The translations under genes were made by a program, and so were the position numbers. 64,000 nt of DNA from the NCBI RefSeq assembly GCF_001194135.2, contig NC_069001.1:39313201-39377200 (forward strand), in the 5' to 3' direction. Source of the stretch: Octopus bimaculoides. Lineage: Eukaryota. Positions 50,571 to 63,304 of this stretch are shown piece by piece (within the stretch, counting starts at the first letter, position 1; each line of letters begins with the position of its first letter). The notes below the pieces were generated by a model that was not told the DNA's origin, did no database searches, and was given only the letters and a program-made list of their open reading frames with translations.

Positions 50571-51596
50571 AGGTCATTATAATGTGTTGTATATAGCTAT
50601 AAAATAAATTTCGTGGATATACAAGTCTCCACACACTTTATTATTAATATTACTAATTTATATATATATGCTCGAATTATGACGAGATATACGTTGGTCA
50701 GACCGGGAATACATTAACACAACGTTCATGTGTGCACCGACAGCAAATCAAGGACTCTGACGTCCGTGAGATCCCATAAAGCAACCATCTGACAGACCAG
50801 ACGCACTCTTATCTGTCTCCTCTTCTATCTTTTCTCTCATCAAAGACAATATTCCTCCAGCGTTCGCTACCTTACCTCGTCTGACCTAACGGCCATCCAT
50901 GTCTCTTTTCGCTTGGTTTGTTGTATGTCTCCACTGTCCTGTTTTTGTTACCAAATTTGACCCTCCGCAAATCTCAAATTTTATTTTGGTTCACGGGAGC
51001 GACTCCCATTCGAAGCCTCGTATTGTCGTTAATTACTCGAAATGGGGAGAAGATGGACAGCCGACAACGATGAAGGGTAGTTCTTTATGTTACTTGTCTT
51101 GTTTTCCATTTGTTTCTCTCGTTGTTCGCATGCCCAAGTTTGTCTTCGTATTTCATGTTNNNNNNNNNNNNNNNNNNNNNNNNNNNNNNNNNNNNNNNNN
51201 NNNNNNNNNNNNNNNNNNNNNNNNNNNNNNNNNNNNNNNNNNNNNNNNNNNNNNNNNNNNNNNNNNNNNNNNNNNNNNNNNNNNNNNNNNNNNNNNNNNN
51301 NNNNNNNNNNNNNNNNNNNNNNNNNNNNNNNNNNNNNNNNNNNNNNNNNNNNNNNNNNNNNNNNNNNNNNNNNNNNNNNNNNNNNNNNNNNNNNNNNNNN
51401 NNNNNNNNNNNNNNNNNNNNNNNNNNNNNNNNNNNNNNNNNNNNNNNNNNNNNNNNNNNNNNNNNNNNNNNNNNNNNNNNNNNNNNNNNNNNNNNNNNNN
51501 NNNNNNNNNNNNNNNNNNNNNNNNNNNNNNNNNNNNNNNNNNNNNNNNNNNNNNNNNNNNNNNNNNNNNNNNNNNNNNNNNNNNNNNNNNNNNNNN

Positions 51597-51869
51597 AAGA
51601 GGAGTGAGTGGACTCCTATATGCTAGAAATAGATGCTGAATCATCTAACCACGAAAAAAGAATATATGTTCTCAGTAAAAATTTAGCGACACAACAGACT
51701 GTAAAAGGGCAAGACATTTAGTTTTTTTTTTATTTAGTATTTTTTCATTTGTCTTGCACTTTTACAGTCTGTTGTGTCGCTAAATTTTTTCTGAGAACAT
51801 ATATTCTTTTTTCGTGGTTAGATGATTCAGCATCTATTTCTCGCATATAGGAGTCCACTCACTCCTCTT
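51597..51869. repeat. Foldback inverted repeat, 120-bp arms, 33-bp spacer
   Basis: 51597-51716 versus the reverse complement of 51750-51869: 3 mismatches. The ORF track shows the same MIQHLFLAYRSPLTPL peptide on both strands. Confidence 0.9.
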
Positions 51870-51884
51870 ATTTTTGTGTATATA

Positions 51885-51930
<46 letters not shown>

Positions 51931-52656
51931 TACATACTCACATACTCCAGCCTACATATTACGTGCGTATGTGTGTGATTGCCGATGTTGTTGTGTTTAC
52001 GACAAACTGAATATTCAACCGAAAATGACTGACTTCGTCGTTCACACGGAAGTTTTAAAAAGCAAATTGTTTAAAATTTAAATATTTCGAACAAAATAGA
52101 GCAAACCATTGTTTCTTGCATTGATTTGTTCACCGAACGCGTATATCAGAGAATTAGGAATGTAATAATGGCTTTCAAGGCACTCAAGAATATTCTTGGA
52201 TTTTCTAAAGCTTCAGCTTATAGATTTAAAAGTCCTTTTGTGAATCTGTAAGATAGATAGGTGGGTAGATAGAGAGAGACACATGTATATAGGATGGTAG
52301 GTAAATGGATAGACAGAGAAAGAAAAACATGGATAAGTAGAAATGCAGATCTGTTGGAAGGACACATGGAAAAGCGGAAAGGAGATAAGGACGTGTATGT
52401 GTACGTGCGCCTCTGTGTGTATATATATATGTATATATATATATGTAAGGTGTGCGTTAGTGTGTATATCATCGAATATTTTAGTAAAACTGTTTCAAAT
52501 CCTAAAATAATCTTTTTTAATCCAATTTGAAATAACGCAAGAACGCTAGAAATCAGTTCAATAGAAGAGATAGACGCAATGGTCGCCTGGTTCACTTAGC
52601 ATTGGAACAGATTTCTTGTGAACACACTTCGTAAATTGCAACTCACACATACTCTC

Positions 52657-52662
52657 TCTCTC

Positions 52663-52736
<74 letters not shown>

Positions 52737-52781
52737 GCGTGTGATTTTATTTATATATATATATATATATATATGTGTGTG

Positions 52782-52812
<31 letters not shown>
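52657..52812. repeat. Long (TA)n tracts
   Basis: Directly visible. Confidence 0.95.
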
Positions 52813-53039
52813 GGACAAAGGGAGGGATGGTTGATTGATTGTTTTGTGGTTGGATAGTCAGATGGATAAATACACAAACATGTAGGTGGGAGAAATCACT
52901 TAATATTGAAAAACTTCCTTTAAAAACATTTGTGATTAAATAGATATTTCCAGAACGTATACTTAGAACATTTGAGAGTAACGCGTGCACAGACGAACAT
53001 ACACTTGTGTGTCAGTATATATATGGGTGTGTAGGTGCT

Positions 53040-53185
53040 GTGCTAAGTTCGCTTTGCAGCCAAATGTTCCTCAGTTCGATCCCATTTAATCCTACCTTGG
53101 TATAGTGCCACTTTCTATATATTTAGCTCGATCTATATATTGTGAAGAAAACTGAATAAACGGAAACTGTATAGAAGCGTTTTGT
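53040..53185 (+). mobile_element. Degenerate SINE family A head
   Basis: aagttcgctttgcagcc..cagttcgatccca..ccttgg..aaacggaaactgtatagaagc. Confidence 0.55.
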
Positions 53186-53288
53186 GTGGATTTTACCTGG
53201 AATGCATTTAATGGAACTGAATTTTCAATGGCAAGCCCAGGAAATCCTTCCACACTCTCACACACACACACACACACGTGTGTGTGTG

Positions 53289-53320
<32 letters not shown>

Positions 53321-54151
53321 CGTGTGTGTGTGTGTGTCTGTGTGTGTGTGTGTGTGACTAATCAATTATTTTCTTGGTCTTTGAAGAAAGGTAAGCAAGT
53401 CTCTGAACTTGGAAAATTCCGAATCTAATTCTAAAAACCGCAAAATTTCTCCGACATTCTAATAATCTTTTGAATGCTCCCCTATAAAGTCACTGAAGTC
53501 GACCATTGCAAGATGTTTGAAACGTGATTTTATGGAATTCAGAAGAGATAAAAGCAAGACTGACCTGCGTAGGATTTGACCTCAAAATGTGAAGGGTCCT
53601 TATTTATTACTACAAAGTATTTTGTACCCCACTCACATTTCTACCCGTACAGCTCATATAGTCATCTAAGTGATTATAGGCGTGTATTTGATTTAGTCGT
53701 CGATAAGGAGGACTACGGCGGGGGGGGGGGAGACAAAATAATCTGATGTTATTTAAACAACGCAGTTTCGTATTGAGGTTCCTTTATTAGGGCCTGGCCC
53801 TTCAGATATGCAATCGCTCACAATCATTATTCCTTTCTAGTAATCTTAATTTTGAAATAAGTATCAGCGAAACAATCGGCTTGTGTCAAGATGTTCTCGT
53901 CCTCTTCTCTCTGTCTCCATAACAACAGGTTTCCGTAGATAGAAGCAGGTTGTGTACCAACCGAGCGAGCAAAAGATTGGCAGCGAGAAAGGCAAAGGCA
54001 ACTCAACGAACGATCTGCAATTCACTGATTTCTATGCCATGTCAGATGCTTCGTTTTATGCGCATGAATTGCAGCATAGCCTTTCCTCAAACAATGTCTT
54101 CACTCGTATCGATCCACAATGCATAAACAATCCATTCTCTCCCTCCCCTTG

Positions 54152-54262
54152 TCTCACATGCTCTCTCCCCCTCTCTTTCTCTCTCCTCCTCCTCATCTCT
54201 CACATGCTCTCTCCCCCTCTCTTTCTCTCTCCTCCTCCTCATCTCTCACATGCTCTCTCTCT
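54152..54262. repeat. 46-nt period tandem repeat (about 2.3 copies), CT-rich
   Basis: cacatg anchors at 54155, 54201 and 54247. Confidence 0.85.
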
Positions 54263-54596
54263 CCATCTCTCTCTCTCTCTCTACTCTGCAGTTTAATATC
54301 ATTATCTCACCCCCAGACTGGCCGTTGTATATGTCACTGATCGACTGTTGCGTGGACCAGTTTATCTGATGGATCATCAGTTTATTGATAATATTTCAAC
54401 TCTGCCTAATCCCGACGAATTACTTTCTCTCTATAGAAAACTGTTCGAAGAAGATTTATGCAGCAAAACTACTGCAATCAATAAAACCTGTAAAAATACA
54501 AAAAAAAAAAAATAGTCGGAAGTCTTCACAAGTTACACATGGTCAGGATTTCTCAGGGTTTTTTTTTTTTAAAGTTTATAGAGGTCAAGATATATG

Positions 54597-54745
54597 ACTC
54601 ACCTGCTTGAAGATCGAATAACTCACCTGGTAACGTAAAATTTAAGAGGTGGAATAACCCTTATAATTTATGGAAAGACCCGACTGATTAACGAAATATC
54701 CCAGAATGTGCCGGACATCTCTCTACATCTGGAAGAGGGAAATTT
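54597..54745 (-). promoter_or_regulatory. Candidate non-coding minus-strand exon 54627-54728 with two CAG|GTGAGT donors 24 nt apart
   Basis: Minus strand: aatttccctcttccag|102 nt|ccag|GTGAGTTATTCGATCTTCAAGCAG|GTGAGTC. Confidence 0.4.
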
Positions 54746-54791
54746 TCACTACAGAATTTTTTGCCATACAACATCATTCTTGAAAACACGC

Positions 54792-54847
<56 letters not shown>

Positions 54848-55629
54848 GCACATACACACGTGGGTACAGAATAGAATAAAGGAGTCCATCAAGCTATTAA
54901 AGGAATCGTCCAACTCCCAGACATTTTTCAATGCAGTTTCTTTGAATTCTTTGTATTTTCAATTTTAAAAATTAAATTCATTTTTAATTTTGGTCAAATC
55001 ATAATCCACCGTGACACTTTTCTAATAATTTTTCCAAGGAATTACTTCCTCAGTCATCACGTAATCCTCATTTTGTACCGTTTTGTACATTTCATCAAAT
55101 CTTTCGGAAGAAATAACATTGTTTGCTTCACGACTCTTTCCAAAACCAGTAAAATATATAAGGAAAAAAATTATATTTTACTGAATATGCGAGTGTGTAT
55201 ACAGATCTGCATGAATATATTCTATGTCTGTGTTTTAATTTATAGCTGTGCACTGAGTCTGGTCTTCTTGCCGGCGACCATATTCATAGACTAGTTTAGA
55301 TTGGACGGCCAAGAGACATCTGCAAATTTAATATTTCAATCTCTTGCTATTGGCAATAAAAACTTTGATAGAACTCCCTCAATTGACAAATAATGTCATA
55401 CAACGAAATCAATAGAAAATAATAACAACAACAGCTTAAAGTTAGATTAGAAATGAAATTTAAAAAAAAAAATTAATAAGACTAACAAAGTTGATGCGAG
55501 TTTTTCTGAAGAAGTTTTGCAGCAATTTTGTTTGAGAAATATCTTCAAAGAATCGAAAGTTAATTGGAAGTCAGATTTAATCAACCTTTGTTTCATGGCA
55601 CAAGTTATTTTAGGGTGATTTAAAGGACA

Positions 55630-55674
<45 letters not shown>

Positions 55675-55857
55675 TTGATGTTTCTGTAACCTTGCTCTAT
55701 ATAGACACAATTATCGTAGATCAAACTATACACACACACATGCTATATATATATATATATATACGTATATTGATATAAATGTATATATGTGTATGCATAT
55801 ATTTATATAGATAGATAGATATGTATATATGTGTTTACATATATATATATATATGTA

Positions 55858-55889
<32 letters not shown>

Positions 55890-56064
55890 GATCCACGTAT
55901 TGACGTTACATATGTGCATATGTGTGTGCCAGTAGATAAGTGAAAGACATGGCTCCACAAATCCACTCATGTTTCTCTCACCATTCCTCTCGACCTTAAC
56001 CTCTTTCCTTCTCTTTCTCCCTCTCCCACAAACTTCACTGAAACATATTGACATAGATATATAG

Positions 56065-56117
<53 letters not shown>

Positions 56118-56186
56118 GCGTCATCTAAACATCGATTAAATGCCGAAAACACTACAAATATAATCTGATGCAAATAAACAATTGAC

Positions 56187-56355
56187 AGACACAGCTGTGT
56201 GGTTCGGAAGTTCTCTTTGCGAGTATATGTATCTGAGTTCGATACCACATCATATCATTTTAGTGTGACGTGAGATCGAATTCTACTTAGAGCCTCAGGT
56301 TGATAAATGCTTGGAAATGAAATTTGATAAACGAAAATTGCACAGACGCGCGTTC
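56187..56355 (+). mobile_element. Degenerate SINE family A head
   Basis: gctgtgtggttcggaagtt..gagttcgatacca..gagcctcaggttga..aaacgaaaattgcacagacgc. Confidence 0.55.
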
Positions 56356-56358
56356 GCA

Positions 56359-56390
<32 letters not shown>

Positions 56391-56974
56391 TACATGTGTA
56401 TATATATATATGACGAGCGCGAGTAATAACGACACACATGCAAAGCTACATGACACCAGCAACACACAAGCTTACAGGAAAGCGGCCCCTCAAGCTTTTC
56501 ATAACAATAACTACGAAACCAAATATGTAGCGTTTAAACCATAGAAGACCGCCAGCCACGTTCCACAACATTCATGCATAATAAATGAAATATCCAAGCG
56601 AAGCCTCTCTCTGACCATTTAGTTGGCAGGTTTGACTGTCAATTCATCGATAATTGTTTAATGACGTTTGAACTTCTAATATTAATCTAACCAGATCTAT
56701 TTGTATAGGTTGTTGTGTGTAGAATGTTAAATATGAGAATTTGCTGCTGTTAAACTGTGGCAATTAGCGTTAAGAACTTTTACAGAGTTTCTTGTCGCAG
56801 CTGTCAACAGATGAGTTTATCAAATTTGACACGTTGCTGTAAACGATACATATTTACGTTAAGTATTTTATTTTAATATTAAATATTGTGATATCACGTG
56901 TTTCTAACCACGTACCGCACGAAAATCATTTCTGACGTTGCCAAAACAGTTATATTTATGATTATTAATACGAT

Positions 56975-57155
56975 GACTCGGCAGAACAGTGAGCATGCCG
57001 GACAAAATGATTAGAGACATTTCTTCCGACTCTTTATGTTCAACTTCGCTTTAATTCTTTTGGAAATAAGTGCCAGTCAAAGACTGGAGTCGGTCGTATT
57101 GACTTCAGCACTCCCCTTAAAAGTTACTGGCCTTGTGCCAAAATAAGAAAAAAAC
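56975..57155 (+). mobile_element. SINE family E, internally deleted
   Basis: cggcagaacagtgagcatgccggacaaaatg...aataagtgccagt..ctggccttgtgccaaaa. Confidence 0.65.
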
Positions 57156-57269
57156 AATTTACTTTTCTTAACACAGTAGATTCCCTGGAGGATGAAACGA
57201 AGTGTCGGCCGTCCATAAAAACAGTGGACCAAAGAAAGACATTTCATTTGAATTTCGAGAATTTTGTGG

Positions 57270-57780
57270 AGGGAATTCCTACAATTCCGAGCAACACTAA
57301 CTTGAGTAGATTCTCCTACTTCACATTCACTACTATCATTTAAATTCTATCTGTGAGCTTCGTTCATATTGTTCCCAGGACTCCAACAGCAACACAAACC
57401 AATCTCACCTTCTTCAATGACCAGTCTTTTTATTTCCCACTTCAAACCATCATGTCTGATCTGTTTTACTTCTTTCCGATACTCTCTCATCGCCAGGGCA
57501 TGCTATATCTATAATTTAACAGAGCTTTCCTCATTTATTCATAACTACTATACCCGACTCTCAATGTTCTATTTTACGATCTCATTGGATCCTTACGTCC
57601 CATAGTCTCTTGTCATTCTTAACTTCTTCTTGGGTTTGCCCATATCACATCTTTGCTCAATCCAGTCCATACTTACCCCACAGCTTTCAATAAATCAGTC
57701 TTGTGATATTATCGCATCTCCTTTTGTATTCTTTGTGGTCCAATACCATGCACTACTTTACACTCTGTCATACAGTCGCG
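57270..57780 (-). mobile_element. R4/Dong-like LINE 3' region (end of zinc-knuckle region plus RLE domain), many stops
   Basis: Minus translation KEYKRRCDNITRLIY*KLWGKYGL...LWDVRIQ*DRKIEH*..IVV..K..C*IIDIACPGDERV / DGLKWEIKRL / VAVGVLGTI...LKLVLLG. Colinear with the RLE-clade C-terminus. Confidence 0.8.
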
Positions 57781-57806
57781 TTTTTATCACCGCACAGCTT
57801 GCACTT

Positions 57807-58097
57807 GTCACTTAGAATCGCGGTTTCGATTCCTAGACCGGGCGTTGTGAGTGTTTATTGAGTGAAAACACCTAAAAGCTCCACGAGGCTCCGACAGGGG
57901 ATGGTGGCGAACCCTGCTGTACTCTTCCACCACAACTTTCTCTCACTCTTTCTTCCTGTTTCTGTTGTGCCTGTAATTCAAAGGGTCAGCCTTGTCACAC
58001 TGTGTCACGCTGAATATCCCCGAGAACTACGTTAAGGGTACATGTGTCTGTGGAGTGCTCAGCCACTTGCACGTAAATTTCACGAGCAGGCTGTTCC
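57807..58097 (+). mobile_element. SINE sharing the family B 3' half but with a different central domain; runs into a gap
   Basis: B-box-like gtttcgattcc, a distinct middle (aaaagctccacgaggctcc..gaaccctgctgtactc), then caaaggg.cagccttgtcaca..gagaactacgtt..gcacgt.aatttcacgagcaggctgtt as in family B. Confidence 0.8.
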
Positions 58098-58593
58098 NNN
58101 NNNNNNNNNNNNNNNNNNNNNNNNNNNNNNNNNNNNNNNNNNNNNNNNNNNNNNNNNNNNNNNNNNNNNNNNNNNNNNNNNNNNNNNNNNNNNNNNNNNN
58201 NNNNNNNNNNNNNNNNNNNNNNNNNNNNNNNNNNNNNNNNNNNNNNNNNNNNNNNNNNNNNNNNNNNNNNNNNNNNNNNTATATACATATAACCTGCACA
58301 CACAGGTATATAATCAAATTTGTGTGTATGCATAATTCCGATCTCTATTCGGAAAGTAATGAAACACAGACCTGTGTGTGTGTGTGTGTGTATGTGTGTA
58401 TGTATGTGTGTGTGTGTGTGTGTGTGCGAGAGAGAGAGAGAGAGGAGGAGGAAATGATTTGCCAGTGCAGCTGACGATACCAAGTGTTTCCCCATTCTGG
58501 GTAGAACCAATATTATTACGTCTTTACATTCCTTCTGATGGTGACGAGGGTAGCGGTGTTGGTCTTATTCTAGTTGACGTTGAAGTGTGTGTA

Positions 58594-58632
<39 letters not shown>

Positions 58633-58719
58633 TTATATAGACACATACTCTTCAAAAGTATTAACTAGCAATTCACATGACCAGCTGTAGGAAGAATGCA
58701 AAAATAGATGTGTGTGTGT

Positions 58720-58790
58720 GTGTGTGTGTATACTTGCATGTGTGTGTATACATGCATGTGTGTGTATACATGCATGTGTGTGTGTATATA
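58720..58790. repeat. 18-nt tandem repeat tgtgtgtgtatac(a/t)tgca x3
   Basis: Directly visible. Confidence 0.85.
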
Positions 58791-58946
58791 TATATATATA
58801 GCTGTGTGTAAGGGTGTATTTTGGCTTGTATTTGTGTGTGTGTATATATACATACGTATGTATGTCGCTGTGTGGTGTGATTACTTTTGCTTTATTAATA
58901 TATTTGCTTAAATGAATTTCACAACGCATCACCCTCTCTTAGCCTT

Positions 58947-58977
<31 letters not shown>

Positions 58978-58992
58978 TTCCATTTTCTCTCT

Positions 58993-59065
<73 letters not shown>

Positions 59066-59175
59066 GCTCTGCCTGCCTGAGAGTAGAAGGAGGAGGTGTA
59101 GCTGCAACCTGTGAAGCTAAGAATAGCAAATAAACAGCCTGCTGTGCAGATACCTGTGTGCATACGTGCATAGAT

Positions 59176-59230
<55 letters not shown>

Positions 59231-59525
59231 TACGAAGATCTCTAAAGATATGCGTATGTGTGTATCACTGTCCGCGTGAATGTGTGTGTGCGTGTCTGTG
59301 CATATGTGTTTCCACATAAATACGTGCGTACACGCGTGTGAACATAATGCTAAATATCTGCGTACACATGAAACGTTTTCGTAGAATACACAATTACACA
59401 TGTTGGCAGGAATTCATCTTTGTGTGTGTATATGTACGAGAGTGTGTGCTAGCTCGCATATATGTTTGTTTATACATACGTATATGCTTATACTCACACA
59501 TATATATATATATATGTATGTATGA

Positions 59526-59578
<53 letters not shown>

Positions 59579-60607
59579 TATCCGTGTATACATATATAAG
59601 TATATATGTATGTATATACACATATATTTACAGATGCGTAAGCATATATTTCTATTACATATATATANNNNNNNNNNNNNNNNNNNNNNNNNNNNNNNNN
59701 NNNNNNNNNNNNNNNNNNNNNNNNNNNNNNNNNNNNNNNNNNNNNNNNNNNNNNNNNNNNNNNNNNNNNNNNNNNNNNNNNNNNNNNNNNNNNNNNNNNN
59801 NNNNNNNNNNNNNNNNNNNNNNNNNNNNNNNNNNNNNNNNNNNNNNNNNNNNNNNNNNNNNNNNNNNNNNNNNNNNNNNNNNNNNNNNNNNNNNNNNNNN
59901 NNNNNNNNNNNNNNNNNNNNNNNNNNNNNNNNNNNNNNNNNNNNNNNNNNNNNNNNNNNNNNNNNNNNNNNNNNNNNNNNNNNNNNNNNNNNNNNNNNNN
60001 NNNNNNNNNNNNNNNNNNNNNNNNNNNNNNNNNNNNNNNNNNNNNNNNNNNNNNNNNNNNNNNNNNNNNNNNNNNNNNNNNNNNNNNNNNNNNNNNNNNN
60101 NNNNNNNNNNNNNNNNNNNNNNNNNNNNNNNNNNNNNNNNNNNNNNNNNNNNNNNNNNNNNNNNNNNNNNNNNNNNNNNNNNNNNNNNNNNNNNNNNNNN
60201 NNNNNNNNNNNNNNNNNNNNNNNNNNNNNNNNNNNNNNNNNNNNNNNNNNNNNNNNNNNNNNNNNNNNNNNNNNNNNNNNNNNNNGGTGGTGTGGTGGCG
60301 GCGGCGGTGGTGTGGTGGCGGCGGCGGCGGCGGGAGTTGTAATGTTTATAGTAATATGTAATATTATTGTTTGTGAACTTTTGTGTTTAGTGGAGTGTGG
60401 ATGCAAAGAACGATGGGTAGAGAGAAGGAGGGAGGCAGAAGTGGATTGTAGTGAGTGAAAGGGAGGAAGGTGGGGGGATAGGAAAAGGCAGAAGAATTGT
60501 AAGAGATGGAGAGTAATTTATAGGGAGAAGGAAAGTGGAACAGAGAGAGAGAGAGAGATGGAGAAATATGAGTTAGTATATGAGATGATAACCAAGAATG
60601 TTGTCTT

Positions 60608-60641
<34 letters not shown>

Positions 60642-61414
60642 GTCTTAAGCGTTGAGGTTCGAATAATCTGGTGTAAAACTCTGAACGAAGCATTAGTGGA
60701 GGCTCCGATAAAGCAATAAGAATTTACTCAGGCACTTAACTATGAAGTCACAGCATCCTGTAGCAGAAACAGTTGTAAGCTAATGAAGTTCATCCCCCCA
60801 CACTCACACGTATATATACGAGTATTCATATCGCATACTTGCATTTGCATTCGCGCACCGCCACTACCGCCACCACCAATGCCACCACATCGTAGGGAGC
60901 AATAAAGGGGTAAATTAACGAATCCACGATATCCTGCACCTTTGTATGACTTCAACCCATCGACTTATCTGAGCCCTTATTTGTATTTACTATAAACAGT
61001 AAATATATTTGCTAATGACTCCGTGGGCCGAAACTGTGACGAAGGTCTCTATGAAAGACGATGGAGTCTCAAAGAACTTTGTTTTATGACTATTATTGTT
61101 GTTTTTTTTTCTCTCTCTCAACAAGGAAAACAAAATCTGGTGAAACCATTTTGTTTGACTTTTTGTGTTCGGATGAATGGCATAGAAAATCGCGTATAGA
61201 AACACAGGCCATAGATATATGCTTATAGAAAGCACACAGGCGTGAAGAAACCACGGCAACGACGATAGTTCATAGGTGCAGGCGTCAAGGCTACCTTGCA
61301 ATGCCAGCTGCTGCGTCTCCAACAAGTCCAAGTCTTGACTTTGGCTCGGACAAAAAGTGCGAAACGTAGCAACACATCAGATTTGATAAACTATGGTTTT
61401 TTTTTGAAATCTCT

Positions 61415-61560
61415 ATATACCAACTTTGAGAATTTGGTTATGGTTAATTAAATTAAACAATAGGGTAAAAAAAATTGGATATTAATTAATATCAATTTAA
61501 TACCAGGTAACAAGCACATTAATTTAATTAACCATAACCAAATTCTCAAAGTTAGTATAT
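61415..61560. repeat. 146-bp foldback element, 42-bp arms with central 16-bp palindrome
   Basis: Arms 61415-61456 / 61519-61560 are 41/42 identical; gatattaattaatatc at 61478-61493. Confidence 0.9.
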
Positions 61561-61840
61561 TCGATGTGGAACTTTTTTCTGAGGAGATATTTCCGGATTT
61601 AGCGCGCAAAAACGAAGACTTTTGAATCTTACCATAAAATATAATTTAATAGAACCGTACACACGTGCTTCCCTTGTGGCGTACAACTTAGTGTGCGATC
61701 AGATACATTGGATTTAACCAACGGTCTGTACTGATGAGAAACAGATATTTTCGGTAAGAAACTATTAATTTCGAAACATGTTTACAGATAATTGTATTTT
61801 TTTGTGCAAGTTTCACTGGTCTTGCCCGTTTTACGTTTTA

Positions 61841-62513
61841 TTACATCTGGTAAAGTACAGAACAAGAAAATTATTACTTTAAAATATTGCAGCTAAGGAT
61901 AAAATTTCAAATAAAATATTTAGATTTAGAAAATATTAGCTTTTATTAAAACTGAAAATGTTATTATGAGTTGTTACTTTTATTCGCTAATTACTTGTTA
62001 CTTCTCTTAAAAATTAGAAATAACTCAATCAAAATATTTTTGCACTTTAAAAAATCTGTTTTTTAAATTATTAATTAATAATTAGAAATTTGAAAATAGA
62101 TTATAAAAATAATAGTAGTACGTAATTAGTACAATAAATAGAATAATACAAACATTAGTTATATATTACAGTAAAATCTACGTCCACAGTAAAATTTGTT
62201 TGAGTTATTGCCAAGTCTTCACATTTTTAGTCTTGACCCTATTTTTTGCATAATGAATTTGACTACCATATATACTATTCTACTTTGAACATATACTATT
62301 CTACTTTACATGAAACTTTAGCTAGATTGTTACTTCTGGCTCTCATTTTTTAAGTATTCTAGTGTGTCAATATTTTAACAAAATTATGGTACCTTTTTAA
62401 ATTATAATGTTACTTTGTAAATTAAAATCAAATAATTTTTAATATTCAAATCTTATCCTTAGCTGCAATATTTTAAGTAAAAATTTTCTTGTTCTGTACT
62501 TTACCAGATGTAA
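61841..62513. mobile_element. 673-bp non-autonomous TIR element (MITE-like), long AT-rich TIRs, TA flanks
   Basis: TA-TTACATCTGGTAAAGTACAGAACAAGAAAATT... and its reverse complement at the right end followed by TA; first 32 bp perfect, similarity extends about 65-70 bp. Confidence 0.85.
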
Positions 62514-63304
62514 TAAGTTGTCCTGAACTTTTCCAAGTGTTATATCTTGTCCTGTAATTTTCCAGTTTCATAGTCTTAAGAATACTACTTTTCTTGCACG
62601 CATTTTTTCATGTAATCCATGTTTTTATTTTCGTGTAATGCTATAATTCTAATTAATAATGTGTCAAACGTGTCAATTACAGGTGTCGTTTATAATTTTT
62701 TCCCTACCTCAGTGTCACCGGTGACATATACTAAAAGTCTCCTTATAGAACTATATTCATAAAAGAGTAGAGAACTATATTATCACATTTAGATTAAACT
62801 TTTTCTTTTAAAACTTCATTGCATGAGATTGATACCATGAAATTCCTCGAATAGGGTTCTATCGTTTAAGCTTAATTAGAATATAGTTTGTTTTTAAAAA
62901 AGTTAATTATACTTAAATCCAATTTTTTGCCTTATATTTTTTTCATATTTTACCTCACAACATTTTTCGTACAAAATTTTGTTGCATTGGAACAAAAGCT
63001 ATGAAATTCTTCCTGCTTTCGTCTATCATTGAAGCTAAGATAAATATATTTTGCTTTTAAAATATAAAAAAAATTATTTAGATCTAAACTTGATTGGTGG
63101 CGTATCTCACTGTCCTATAAAGTTGCTACAAATTTTGAGGTAAACTTTTTTCTACTGGATTAAATCTCAGTTTTTTTCAATGTCAAAATGTAGTCAGGGA
63201 TCAGGTCTCTTCAAAAATATTAACGGTTTTCAATTGGGTTAGGAACTGGATTTGCGACAATCTCTGAAAGATGCAGCGTGTGAGGAAATTGTGGCTTTAA
63301 GCAT

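Noticed and set aside
61012-61050. ctaatga...cgaaac...gtc hammerhead-like string
   Set aside because: Core mutated, no stem I pairing, and it overlaps a SINE family A-like fragment.
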